Shown: positions 22,467-33,210 of the stretch, piece by piece
Layout: each line of letters starts with the position of its first letter
How positions within the stretch are numbered: the stretch's first letter is position 1
NCBI GenBank assembly: GCA_030390025.1
Contig: CM059432.1
Span: 119,724,001 to 119,788,000 of the forward strand
DNA: 64,000 nt
From: Squalus acanthias
Taxonomy: Eukaryota
Reading direction: 5' to 3'
Notes under the pieces: model-generated
Told to the model about the DNA's origin: nothing
What the model saw: only the letters and a program-made list of their open reading frames with translations
Database searches by the model: none
Made by a program: the position numbers and the translations under genes

Positions 22467-24818
22467 TCACACGGTGCTTTCATCGTGCACGCGCACGTAA
22501 CGTTCTCGCCACTCTCCCGTGTTTTCATGCTTGGTGAGGCGTCTGTCTCTTTTACAATGTACGACCAATAGGTACACTACAATGAAAACTTGGCATACGA
22601 CTAAAATGTGGGAGGCTATTCTGATCCATGAAGGCACTTCAATATTGGTGAACAGATTCCACCACGGTGGAACTACTATATCCAGAATGTCTGTTCCTAT
22701 TTCGACAGTTTTCTGCTCTAATGTGTAAAAATGTTTCTGTGACACCGCGACGGCTTTTAAAAGTTTGGTGAGGTGTTCAGGGAGAGGGGGAATGAGGTAT
22801 CCGAAATGCGCGACAAATCGCTGCAAGTCGGTGAAATTCTCTTTTACTGTGAGATGAACAGTGGATGGTTCAGGGATTGGGATAATTCGCTGTTGTGCTA
22901 CTTGAACTTCCGCCCTGGGTTTAAAACAGAAACTGCTGTCACTCACCGGACACCGGCTACGGTTTCCATGCTGGTAGTGTTGCGCTGCAGTGGTAACACA
23001 ATATGTTCCACCCCCGATGTATGCTACCTGCGGAGGCACATGATCTTGTGCCATTGCCTCCATGGTGCAATTCATGGACTTGGCGCCAGTCGTTCTGAAC
23101 CCGCACTGTGGTGTTAAAAAGGCATTCAAGTGCTGGGGGCACAGTATTATGTGTGCTCCCCTGCCACGACAACCAGAGAGATCTGTACCTGTCATCGTTT
23201 GCTCCCAGCGGATGACGTAAGGTGGAACCGCTGCATAGCGAATGTGGGCTCCCCCCTGAATGACACCAATGTTCTCTACCCGATACACCGGGGCGGGCTT
23301 TGTTGTGTCGCCCAAAACCGGCATGCGTAATACTATTCCCATAATAGTGTGGTTTGAACGTCCGCAGTCCACGGGGACTGGGTAAGCTTCTGAAGCTAGC
23401 CTGAGTTGGCATGGACTTAATGCATTCTGAAAAGGGTGGAGCGCCCGCAGGTGTTTGTTACTTATCCAGGACGGAACCAAACCTTGTTTTAAATCCTCCA
23501 AATTACTGCGGCCCTCGCCCAGTAACCACGCCCCGTAAAGCACGCACACCTCGTTCTGCGCAGCTTGATCGGATGCATTCCGATCTTCCCTAATCAGGGC
23601 ATTTACCGTCTTTGCATGTTTCTCCAACTCTGCTATAATTTCCTTTAAATGGAGAGTCATGGCTTGGTCCTCGTGTAAACCCGACCCTACCACTTTATTC
23701 TCATCTGTTAGAATGTCTTTTAATTGTGTCTTTAAACCATTAATCTGGGTCTGCAGCTCCACACTGTCTAGAGCGTTGACCACAGATGTACCCGTGTTAA
23801 AAGCAGTGAACGCATCGTTCACCAAACCCCTTCTTTGCCTCCCTACTTGATCCAAAACTTCCTGTGGTGCGGTGTACAAACTTGTTTTATCAATTTCCGC
23901 GAAATCGAATTCGTAAAATTGTCTGAACATCTTGGTCAACAGGACCTGATACAACTGTTCCGTCTTTTTGGGGCACCACTCTGGTAACCGCACCTCAGTG
24001 AGATTTAAAATCACCGAGGCCACCGCGTAATGTACCCCCTGAAATAGTATCTGGTCTGTGGGGACCAGTACCAAACCATTCCCGGGTCCCTTACTAGTTT
24101 TAGGGCACCCTTCTTCCTCAGCTAGAACTACCGGAATCGTGGGCGGGGCTTTGCGTGGGCGCGTAATGAGCTCAGTGGCATTTACTGGGATCGGGGAGAA
24201 TGGGGCTCCGCACCCCCTGGTGCTCGCATCCCACCTCATCCCCTGTCCGTTATCCTGCCATTGATTAATAAAAAATATGGAGATGCCTTTGGGGCAAACG
24301 TACTTTGACCCCCACATACATACATAAATTCCCTCATCCGGTTCCCACCATTTGTCCCAACAGACTTTCACTTGTCCGTCTGTCCCCGTAATTGTCCGAT
24401 GGGTATTATTACCCAGTCGTTCGCACTCGACCGAAGAGTTCCTCATAGTGTTGCTCAGCTTTCGCAGCCACCACCATCGGCTCAATGGGACCTTCCCACT
24501 ACAAGTCAAACAAATCCGTTTGCCGACGGTGACGCTGATCCTGGGTGCGATGATCCTTACTTTGGGGCACAGTAAAGAAGTCTCTTTGTAGGCAAACCCC
24601 GATGTGCTGGAATACTCCGTTGAGTTCGTTCCCAGCCATCCTGGCCACCTTCCCTTGTGGAAATAGGTGCTGGTCTCCTCTGCCTCCCGTCTTCCGGTCC
24701 CATCCACCGCGATGGGGGCCGTGTCCCCGGAACATCCAAACACCACGACATCCTTGGTGCGGCCTCGATAGGCCAATCCACATCCGATTGCCGCGAGCAA
24801 TACTAGAATTCGTTCCAT
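22467..24818 (-). CDS. env: Envelope/fusion glycoprotein, second copy
   Basis: Same protein as 14814-17165 except VEIG vs VEMG. Confidence 0.9.
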   Translation of the reverse strand: MERILVLLAAIGCGLAYRGRTKDVVVFGCSGDTAPIAVDGTGRREAEETSTYFHKGRWPGWLGTNSTEYSSTSGFAYKETSLLCPKVRIIAPRISVTVGKRICLTCSGKVPLSRWWWLRKLSNTMRNSSVECERLGNNTHRTITGTDGQVKVCWDKWWEPDEGIYVCMWGSKYVCPKGISIFFINQWQDNGQGMRWDASTRGCGAPFSPIPVNATELITRPRKAPPTIPVVLAEEEGCPKTSKGPGNGLVLVPTDQILFQGVHYAVASVILNLTEVRLPEWCPKKTEQLYQVLLTKMFRQFYEFDFAEIDKTSLYTAPQEVLDQVGRQRRGLVNDAFTAFNTGTSVVNALDSVELQTQINGLKTQLKDILTDENKVVGSGLHEDQAMTLHLKEIIAELEKHAKTVNALIREDRNASDQAAQNEVCVLYGAWLLGEGRSNLEDLKQGLVPSWISNKHLRALHPFQNALSPCQLRLASEAYPVPVDCGRSNHTIMGIVLRMPVLGDTTKPAPVYRVENIGVIQGGAHIRYAAVPPYVIRWEQTMTGTDLSGCRGRGAHIILCPQHLNAFLTPQCGFRTTGAKSMNCTMEAMAQDHVPPQVAYIGGGTYCVTTAAQHYQHGNRSRCPVSDSSFCFKPRAEVQVAQQRIIPIPEPSTVHLTVKENFTDLQRFVAHFGYLIPPLPEHLTKLLKAVAVSQKHFYTLEQKTVEIGTDILDIVVPPWWNLFTNIEVPSWIRIASHILVVCQVFIVVYLLVVHCKRDRRLTKHENTGEWRERYVRVHDESTV

Positions 24819-25110
24819 CCTTCCTTGGTTCCTGTGATCAGATAGAATGAGGTAGCCAGCCTCGCAAGAGTCTCTGGCTTTTGTGAAGGGTGAGCGGGTC
24901 CCCTGACCTCGCCTCACGTAAACTTCCACGTTTGCTGTATAAACTTTTAACTAAACCTATCTTTAAAGCTCCCATCATTTTACCATTTTCTGTTAAAATT
25001 AGACTACAAACTTAAACCGATTTAAAACTATAAACTTATAACCTTGAACTATAAGCTTAAAACTTAAAACTAATAACTTTACAGTGCCGCCCGTTCTCAG
25101 GGCGGCCCCT

Positions 25111-26220
25111 TTAAATTCTGAGAAGGCTGCTGCGAGCTCTTCCCGACGGTGGGAGGGCACTGACCCTTCCCTCTGATCTGCCGCAGCCTGTTACTGCTGC
25201 GATGTGGCCGGTCTGTATCTGGGTTATCTTAACCTTAAATTTTCGCCTTGGGGCAGTCTGGGGACATGACCACATCCTCCTGGGCTGGGGTTCTCTACTT
25301 GACCTACGGGGAGTTGCTATGGCCGGGGGTTCCGTGACGGACGGACCGGGTTCCGAGACTTCCATCGGGATGACCTGGGGTTCCATCACAGTCGCTGGCT
25401 CCGCCTCCGCTGACTCCGCCTCCCTAACCTCGGGGCTTGCAGTTCGTGGCCCCGCCCTGCTTGGCCCAGCAGGCGGCCCTTCACTCGTGATCTCTGCCTC
25501 CCCCGAGGACTGGTCGTTCAAAGCGGGCGGCCACATCTCTGGGAGCCACACCGGTACTCTCTGTGCTCCCATAGCGGCTGGCCCTGCCTCCTCTAGCTCC
25601 TTCCTCCTGTCTTCGGGACCTGCAGCTTGTGTGTCCACCCTGTGTGGATCTCTACCTACAGCCCCCATTCCCTCCAGACCGTTCCTCAGAAACCACCCGT
25701 CATCATCACTATTCTCATCTGCACTATCCTCATCTGACCAGGGTGCCCTGAATTCTTCCTCATCTAACCCCCAATTCCAGAAAAACGCTGCATGATCGTC
25801 CGGGATGTCCCTTCCCCTGATGCAAGCTGCTATGCCTGCCTGTGTGCCTTGTGGTCCTACCTGGGGCTGTGCTTTCCCACTGGCGGGATTTACCCCTGTA
25901 GTTTTCCCTTGCGCACCCGGCTGGTACAGTTTGCATTGGTTTACATCCTCATACTCCCGGCTTTTGGCTACCCTGTAGGCTGCTTTTATCTCTCTAAGCT
26001 GCCCTTCTAGCCTGAGCACGTCTAACTTTCCCATTGATCGGGCGTTCTCCTCCCGCAGGGCCTGCTCTCTAAGCTGCCCTTCCAGCCCATCTATTTTCCC
26101 TATTAAGCGGGCGTTCTCCTCCCGCAAGGCCTGCTCTTTTAACCTGGCCTCCTCACCGCAGACCCCCTCCTGTGCGTGTCTTTTAAAAGGACACAGGTAG
26201 GCAGGCTGCGTGGGCTCTAG
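25111..26220 (-). CDS. Gag-readthrough extension (coiled coil + Pol tail), second copy
   Basis: Open, in frame with gag after TGA-CTAG. Confidence 0.7.
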   Translation of the reverse strand, partial: LEPTQPAYLCPFKRHAQEGVCGEEARLKEQALREENARLIGKIDGLEGQLREQALREENARSMGKLDVLRLEGQLREIKAAYRVAKSREYEDVNQCKLYQPGAQGKTTGVNPASGKAQPQVGPQGTQAGIAACIRGRDIPDDHAAFFWNWGLDEEEFRAPWSDEDSADENSDDDGWFLRNGLEGMGAVGRDPHRVDTQAAGPEDRRKELEEAGPAAMGAQRVPVWLPEMWPPALNDQSSGEAEITSEGPPAGPSRAGPRTASPEVREAESAEAEPATVMEPQVIPMEVSEPGPSVTEPPAIATPRRSSREPQPRRMWSCPQTAPRRKFKVKITQIQTGHIAAVTGCGRSEGRVSALPPSGRARSSLLRI

Positions 26221-28032
26221 TCATTGGGTACTATTAGACGGTCCTGCGGCACCTACGGGGCCGGTTGCGACCGCCACCTGTCCACGCGCATTCAAGACCA
26301 GCTTGCGCATGGCTCCTAATACCACTTCGAGTTCGTCAGGAGGGGTGGGTGCCTTAGCTTCCTTAGCCGGGACAGGCGCCTGGGCTCGGACCGCGGGATT
26401 TTTATCCTTGGAATCCTTCCAAGGGTTCCTGCAATGCTTGCGCCAGTGCCCTGTCTTCCCACACCCGTAACAAGCATTACCTGCCTGTGGGGCGCGATTA
26501 CCCTCCTGATGCCACTCTCTTTGATACGGGGCTGCGGGTCGTACCTCATGTACTCTTCCCTTAAGGGGACGTGTTGCCATACCCCTTATATTGCGATAAC
26601 CTAACGTGAGTCGATTCAAGACCGACTCTTCCGTAATGTTGGGGTCATTGGGATCAAACCATGCTTTTGCCTGCTCTCTGACGGCTGGTAAACTGTTGGC
26701 TATTATGCACCTAAGCCAATGAGTTAAAGCGGTGCCTTCCACATCTTCGCGCTCGGGCGCACCTAGGCAGCTGCGCTCATATACTGGCCACAGCCTGTCG
26801 GCAAAAACCTTCGGGGGTTCTCCCTCCATCTGCACTGTCTGTCCCACTCTAGCAAACGGACCTTCGTCGTTCGCCCCCAACACTTCCAGGACCTCATTCT
26901 TTAATTCCTCATAACTCTTGGTTCCCCTCTTGCTCTCACCTGAGAGACACTGAAGGACCGAGCTGTCTAATGAGAACAGCAGCATTTTTGCTGTTTCCCC
27001 ATCATCGCAGCCGTTAATGGCTGCGGCTTGCTCAACTTCTCTGAAATGTACGGAAGGGTCGTCTGCCTCGGTCAGCTTCCGTACGTGATTTATCATAGCT
27101 CTCAGCTGATGTGAACTGTGAGGCAACACCAACTGTCCGAGGAGATCCCCCGGTTCTTCCCCACCGTTTCTGCTTGGGCCCCTTTTAATACCCGTTACTG
27201 GATACAACGATCCCTTTCCTACTTCTTTTTCAATGGGCTCTTTTGTTTCTTCCATTGCTTCCTCCCTAACCCAGGTTTCTGAATAGCTGGGTGGCGCGGA
27301 GGGCGCAGTGGCTACTACTTCTTCTGCTTTACTTGGTGGGGATTTTCTAAATCTCTCATTTACTAGCGGCTGGTGTGCCGACGGATTGATAAGGCACACC
27401 ATGCCGTTCGCATTGTTCACGGCCTTTTTGAGGTGCTCTATCTCCCTTTGGCAGGCGCTATGATCGGCTCCCTGAAACTTATCCTCAAGGGCCAACTTAT
27501 ATGCCGCCCTAACCCCCGTTAAGCTCTCTTCTTGAGTTCTTATCTGGGCAGCTTGGCGGTTACATCTTTCCTTTAACCTGCTCTCATTCAATTTTGCCTC
27601 AGTGACCTGGCACTCGAGATAATCTATCCTTGTTTTAAGGTGACTGGAGACTTCCTGGCTTTCTTGGTGTAACTCATTTAAATTCTTAATGAGCACCTCC
27701 CCTCCAGAAACCTTCTCATCCATTTCTCCCTCTAAATGACTGATTCGAGCTACTAGCGCTGTAATGGTCTGGTTTGAAATCTGAACCTGCCTTTTGTAAC
27801 ACATAAGCCAGACTGCTTTCTCAAGTGTCTTTCTATGTTCTTTACTATCTGTCCACCTTTCAGCTGCCTCTAGTGGGCTTTTATCCGCTAACAATTCACT
27901 TATCCATTTCTTAGTTAGATTAACCTTTCCAAACACATAATCCGCTATCTTTTCCTGCATAACATTTCGTACAGTCATTCCAAAATCTAACACACTACCC
28001 TCTCGCTGCCAGTGTCCTGCCGCGGTCGCCAT
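26221..28032 (-). CDS. gag: Gag polyprotein, second copy
   Basis: 603 aa; AGNAC vs AGDAC difference from first copy. Confidence 0.92.
   Translation of the reverse strand: MATAAGHWQREGSVLDFGMTVRNVMQEKIADYVFGKVNLTKKWISELLADKSPLEAAERWTDSKEHRKTLEKAVWLMCYKRQVQISNQTITALVARISHLEGEMDEKVSGGEVLIKNLNELHQESQEVSSHLKTRIDYLECQVTEAKLNESRLKERCNRQAAQIRTQEESLTGVRAAYKLALEDKFQGADHSACQREIEHLKKAVNNANGMVCLINPSAHQPLVNERFRKSPPSKAEEVVATAPSAPPSYSETWVREEAMEETKEPIEKEVGKGSLYPVTGIKRGPSRNGGEEPGDLLGQLVLPHSSHQLRAMINHVRKLTEADDPSVHFREVEQAAAINGCDDGETAKMLLFSLDSSVLQCLSGESKRGTKSYEELKNEVLEVLGANDEGPFARVGQTVQMEGEPPKVFADRLWPVYERSCLGAPEREDVEGTALTHWLRCIIANSLPAVREQAKAWFDPNDPNITEESVLNRLTLGYRNIRGMATRPLKGRVHEVRPAAPYQREWHQEGNRAPQAGNACYGCGKTGHWRKHCRNPWKDSKDKNPAVRAQAPVPAKEAKAPTPPDELEVVLGAMRKLVLNARGQVAVATGPVGAAGPSNSTQ
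28014..28031 (-). promoter_or_regulatory. Primer binding site, tRNA-Arg(UCG)
   Basis: Same 18-mer as 20361-20378. Confidence 0.85.
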
Positions 28033-28036
28033 TTTC

Positions 28037-29663
28037 TGTAAGGGATTCTGACCCTGCGTGTCTCGCAGCCTGTGAGATTCACGCGGCTCTGTGCAGCCTG
28101 TATGTCAGTGCGGGTCTAGGCCTTGTTGCCTGTTCTGGTCTCCAGCCAGTCTGGGAACACTAGACACACCTGTGAGTGGTTCGAATCACTCTCCCTTACG
28201 GTTCTAGACACTGGACTTAGATGCGAGAGCAGTAATGGAGATGAAACTCATGTAGACTCGGTTTGAATGGTACGAAATGGAAAATCTTTATTGCATGATA
28301 CTTAAGATTATGAAATACATGTCATAAGCACAGATTAATGACAGTACAATCTTACAAACAGTTATATAGTCGATCTTAGGGAAACGAGGAACGAACGGCA
28401 CAAAGTAAATAGGGGCACACATTACAAATATCCTTAATCCTTAAACCCTCCCCTATCAATATCTATCCTAAACTAGATTCGTAGGATCTCGAGACTCATG
28501 CTCACCACTCGTGATAACTCGGAGAAATTCCGAATAGCTGATCGGATGTTTTTCACCGCAGCACCCACGTGTCGGTCAGGAGATCTCCTGGTCCCACTTG
28601 TTTACTTGCTTCTGCTGCTCCGGCTAGCAGGCTGGAACGTCTGCTGTGATGAAGATCTGTATTGGTGGCTTTCACATTCCAGTTACTTTTGGGCACAGTC
28701 CATTTATCATCGATGCAATATGTTTCGTTATAAGTTCGAAGAAGTCTTCCTGGCAAGGAAAACTTGGCTAATCGACCTACAGGCGCGGTCGGGATTTACT
28801 GACCGTGGCGATGGATATGGTCTTCCTCTCTTCTCATCTCATCTCATCTCATCTCTTCTCATCTCGGGCCTTTGGTTCCGCTGCCAGTTACCAACATAGG
28901 TCTTCGTTACGCGACACGAGGTAGATCCGAACGGATCAGAAAGTTCAACAGTCTTTTCAGAAGAGGCAACAGGCAAGCAGAAGCCCAACTACGAGTACAC
29001 AGGAGCAGCCACGATGATAAGAGCAGCAAGAGAAAGATGGACGGTTTGGAGCCTGCAATTATAGTGCAAAATCTTCCGTTTCCCGCCCAACTATAATGTC
29101 CATTCTTTTGTTTAGGGTCTGGCGCTCAAATGTCTTGTATGGGTGATCTCCGTTCTTAATGGGTTTCGGGGCTACTCGTAAATGTCTGAGTACCTGTTAA
29201 TATTTCTCCCATTGTTAAATCGGTCGGTAATCTCCCTGGAGGGGTTTGGGGCTTCCAAGTGTCCTGTATAACTACCTGCTAACGGCTCTCTCATCGTAGA
29301 GTCGTTGGGATTTTACATATTAATGTCTTTTGGATGGGCCCTTGATTACTCGGTACAATGGCTTTCCTTTGTACCTGGGAGACCGATTTCAGTATCTATG
29401 TGTATACTGCAAACCCATAATGTCTCGTGTATTATCTTCACTGTGCTGACTCTTAATCGATCTTGCACAAATGTTTATTGGAACGCCATCTTGTCTGCCT
29501 GTTGAAAAGTCTAGAATGTTCTGTCACGAGGTGCGGCGGCCATTTTACAGGCTGCTTGTGTCCACTTTAAACCTGCCAGCATTCTGCTGAAATAAAAGCT
29601 GTTTGAACGAAACTCTGTGTTTTCTCCTTATTAACAAAATCGCGATATATTGCGAATTCTACA
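28037..29663 (-). repeat. 5' LTR of tandem element
   Basis: Ends at ttctaca next to TSD AGAT. Confidence 0.97.
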
Positions 29664-29909
29664 AGATCGGCGTGGTAAACTGTTGTGCCACCGCAAAAAC
29701 TCTAATTAATTTCGCAAGCGGCGCAAACATCGCCGTGCCCGGGCGCTAGTTGCTTTTGCGCCCCATTAGTGCCCTCTTAGGGAGGCACAAAACAACTGAA
29801 TTTTTCCCCCATAGAGTTCTAACGGCACAGAAGGAGACCATTCGGCCCATCGAGTCCGTGCCGGCTCTCTGTAGAGCAATCCAGTAAGTCCCATTCCCCC
29901 GCTCTATTT

Positions 29910-31018
29910 AAGAACATAAGAACATAAGAACATAAGAAGTAGGAGCAGGAGTAGGCCATTCGGCCCTTCGAGCCTGCTCCGCCATTCAATGAGATCATGG
30001 CTGATCTTCTGCCTCAACTCCATTCACCGGCCCTATCGCCATATCCCTTGATGCCATTACTAGTCAGAAATCTATCGACTTCTGTTTTGAATATACCAAA
30101 TGACTGAGCCTCCACAGCCCTCTGGGGTAGAGAATTCCAAAGATTCACCACCCTCTGTGTGAAGACATTTCTTCTCATCTCAGTCCTGAATGGCCTACCC
30201 TTTATCCTGAGGCTATGGCCCCTGGTTCTAGACTCCCCAGCCAAGGGAAACATTCTCCCAGCATCCACCCTATCAAGCCCTGTAATAATTTTGTATGCTT
30301 CAATGAGATCCCCTCTCATTCTTCTGAATTCAAGAGAATACAGGCCTAGTTTACTCAATCTCTTCTCATACGACAGTCCCACCATCCCAGGAATCAATCT
30401 CGTGAACCTTCGTTGCATTCCCTCTAAGGCAAGTATATCCTTCCTTAGGTAAGGAGACCAAAATTGTACACAGTACTCCAGGTGTGGTTTCACCAAGGCC
30501 CTATATAATTGGAGTAAGACTTCTTTGCTGCTGTACTCAAATCCTCTTGTAATGAAGGCCAGCATACCATTTGCCTTCCTAATGGCTTGCTGCACCTGCG
30601 CATTCACTTTCAGTGACTCATGTACAAGGACACCCAGGTCCCTTTGAGCATCTGCATTCCCCAATCTTTCACAATTTAGGAAATAATCTGCCTTTCTGTT
30701 TTTTCTACCAAAGTGGATAACTTCACATTTATCCACATTATAATCCATCTGCCATGTTCTCGCCCACTCACTGAGCCTGTCAAGATCCCTTTGAAGCCAC
30801 TTCACATCCTCTTCACAACTGACACTGCCACCTAGATTTGTGTCATCAGCAAATTTGGAAATGTTACATTTAGTCCCCTCATCCAAATCATTGATATAGA
30901 TTGTGAATAGCTGGGGCCCAAGCACCAATCCTTGTGGTACCCCACTAGTCACAGCCTGCTATCCTGAAAAAGACCCGTTTATCCCTACTCTTTGTTTTCT
31001 GTCTGTTAACCAAATCTC
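29910..31018 (-). mobile_element. 5'-truncated CR1 LINE nested in the CR1 3' region
   Basis: Open 312-aa RT C-terminus (GVPQG, KFADDT) and (AGAACATA)n tail. Confidence 0.9.
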
Positions 31019-32959
31019 AAGTGCCTATCCAGTCTCCCCTTTAAAACATTGAGTGTCTCCGCTTCCACCACTTCCGTTGGCAGCGAATTCCAGGTCATCA
31101 CCACTCGCTGCATAAAACAGGTTTTCCTCACATCCCTCTGCATCTCTTGCCCAAAACCTTAAATCTGTGTCCCCCTGGTCCTTGTACCATTAACTAGTGT
31201 GAACAGCCTTTCCTCGTCTAGCCTATCCAAACCCATCATAATCTTGTACACCTCTATCAAATCACCCCTCAACCTCCTTTACGCTAATGAAAACAAATCC
31301 AGCTTCTCCAACCTGTCCTTGTAGCTAAGATCCCCCATCCCCAGAACAATTCTGGTAAATCTACTCTGCGCCCTCTCAAGTGCCTACACATCCTTCCTAA
31401 AGTGTGGTGACCAGAACTGGACGGAATACTCCAGTTGTGACCTAACCAGCGCTTTATAAAGGTTCAGCATAACTTCTCTACTTTTGTACTCAATACCTCT
31501 ATTTATGAAGCCCAAGATCCCATATGCTTTGTTAACCATTCTCTCAATATGTCCTGCCACCTTCCAGGACCTATGCACATTAACTCCCAGGTCCCTCTGT
31601 CCCTGCACACTCTTTAAAACTGTGCCATTAAGTGTATATTGCCTCTCCCTGTTCCTTCTGCCAAAATGCATCACCTCACACTTCTCTGTATTAAATTCCA
31701 TTTGTCACTTGTCTGCCCATTCTGCTAGCCTTTCCATGTCCTGTTGCAGTTGATTGGTATCATCATCACTGTTTGCCACACCCCCAAGTTTTGTGTCATC
31801 GGCAAATTTAGAAATTCTACTGTGTATTCCAATATCCAGGTCATTTCTATATATATCAAAAAAAGCAGTGGCCCTAGCACTGACCCTTGGGGAACACCAC
31901 TGTCTACCATCCTCCAGTCTGAAAAACAGCCATTTACAACAACTCGCTGTTTTCTGTCCTTAAGCCAATTCCTTATCCAAGCTGCCATTGACCCACCTAT
32001 TCCATGAGCCTCAATTTGGTTAACCAGCCTTCTATGTGATACTTTGTCAAACGCCTTCCGAAAATCCATCTAGACAACATCCATTGCATTCCATTCATCA
32101 ATCCTCTCTGTTACTTCATCAAAAAATTCAATTAGATTAGTCAAACACAATCTGCCTTTTACAAATCTGAGTTGGCTCTCCTTAATTAGCTTAAACCTCT
32201 CCAAGTGCCCGTTAATTTTTTCCTTGATTATTGTTTCTAAAACTTTACCCACCACTGATGTTAAACTGACCGGCCTGTAGTTACGAGGATTGTCCTTACA
32301 CCCTTTCTTGAACAATGGTGTCACATTTGCCACTTTCCAATCCTCAGACACCTCCCCCGCATCTAGGAAAGATTGGAAAATTATGGCAAGCCCTTCCGCT
32401 ATCTCCTCCCCCAATTCCCTTAGCAACCTGGGATGCAAGCCATCTGGACCAGGTGATTTGTCCACTGTAAGCATACACAGCCTTTCTAGTACATCCTGTC
32501 TAGCAATTTTCTCACCTTCCATTGCTTCTAACTTTTCCACTTCGACCGATATTTTGTCAACATCCACCTCCTTAGTAAACACCGATACAAAGTAATCATT
32601 GAGTATTCTAGCCTTGCCCTGCGCCTCGAAGCATATATCAACTTCTTTGTCTCTAATAGGCCCCACCCCGCCTCTTACTACCCGCTTACTGTAGAAGATT
32701 TTTGGGTTCCCTTTTATGTTAACCGCCATTCTACTCCCATATTCTCTCTTTGCCAATCTTATTTTCATCTCACATCCCCTCTCAACTTATCGTATTTGGT
32801 CTTGTTCTCCCTTGAAGAATTCTCCTGACATGCATCATACACTCTCTTTTTTTGTTTCATGATCTTCTCTATCTCCCTCGTCATCTAAGGATTCCTTGCT
32901 TTGGTTCCCTTACCCTTCCCTCTTGTTGAAATGTACCTAGCCTTTACTTGGAACATCTC

Positions 32960-33210
32960 AACAACAACAACAACTTGCATTGATATAGCGCATTTAACGT
33001 AGTAAAATATCCCAAGGCGCTGCACAGGAGTATTGTAAGGCAAAAATTTGACACCGATCCACATATGGATAAATTAGGGCAGGTGACTAAACGCTGGGTC
33101 AAAGAGGTAGGTTTTAAGGAACATCTTAAAGGAGGAAAGAGAGGTAGCGAGGCGGACAGGTTTAGGAAAGGAATTCCAGAGCCTAGGTCCTGGGCAACAG
33201 AAGGCACTGC
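32960..33210 (-). mobile_element. L2-type LINE 3' end
   Basis: (CAA)n tail + ttgcattgatatagcgc; matches 39282 and 57236 fragments; aaagaggtaggttttaagga encodes LKTYLF-type C-terminus. Confidence 0.7.

Larger units (their letters stand above)
12731..29663 (-). mobile_element. Tandem non-autonomous endogenous retrovirus-like element: LTR-int-LTR-int-LTR, 7653-bp unit, pol enzymes absent
   Basis: Three 1627-bp LTRs with TG...CA ends at 7653-bp spacing; single 4-bp TSD AGAT (12727-12730, 29664-29667); gag and env open in both units. Confidence 0.97.
8736..29810. mobile_element. PIF/Harbinger DNA transposon 2, interrupted by the tandem LTR element at 12731-29663
   Basis: TIRs gagggagaaattcgg (8736) and ctgaatttttccccc (ends 29810); Myb and transposase genes; inserted in a catagag-type CR1 3' tail. 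Confidence 0.8.
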
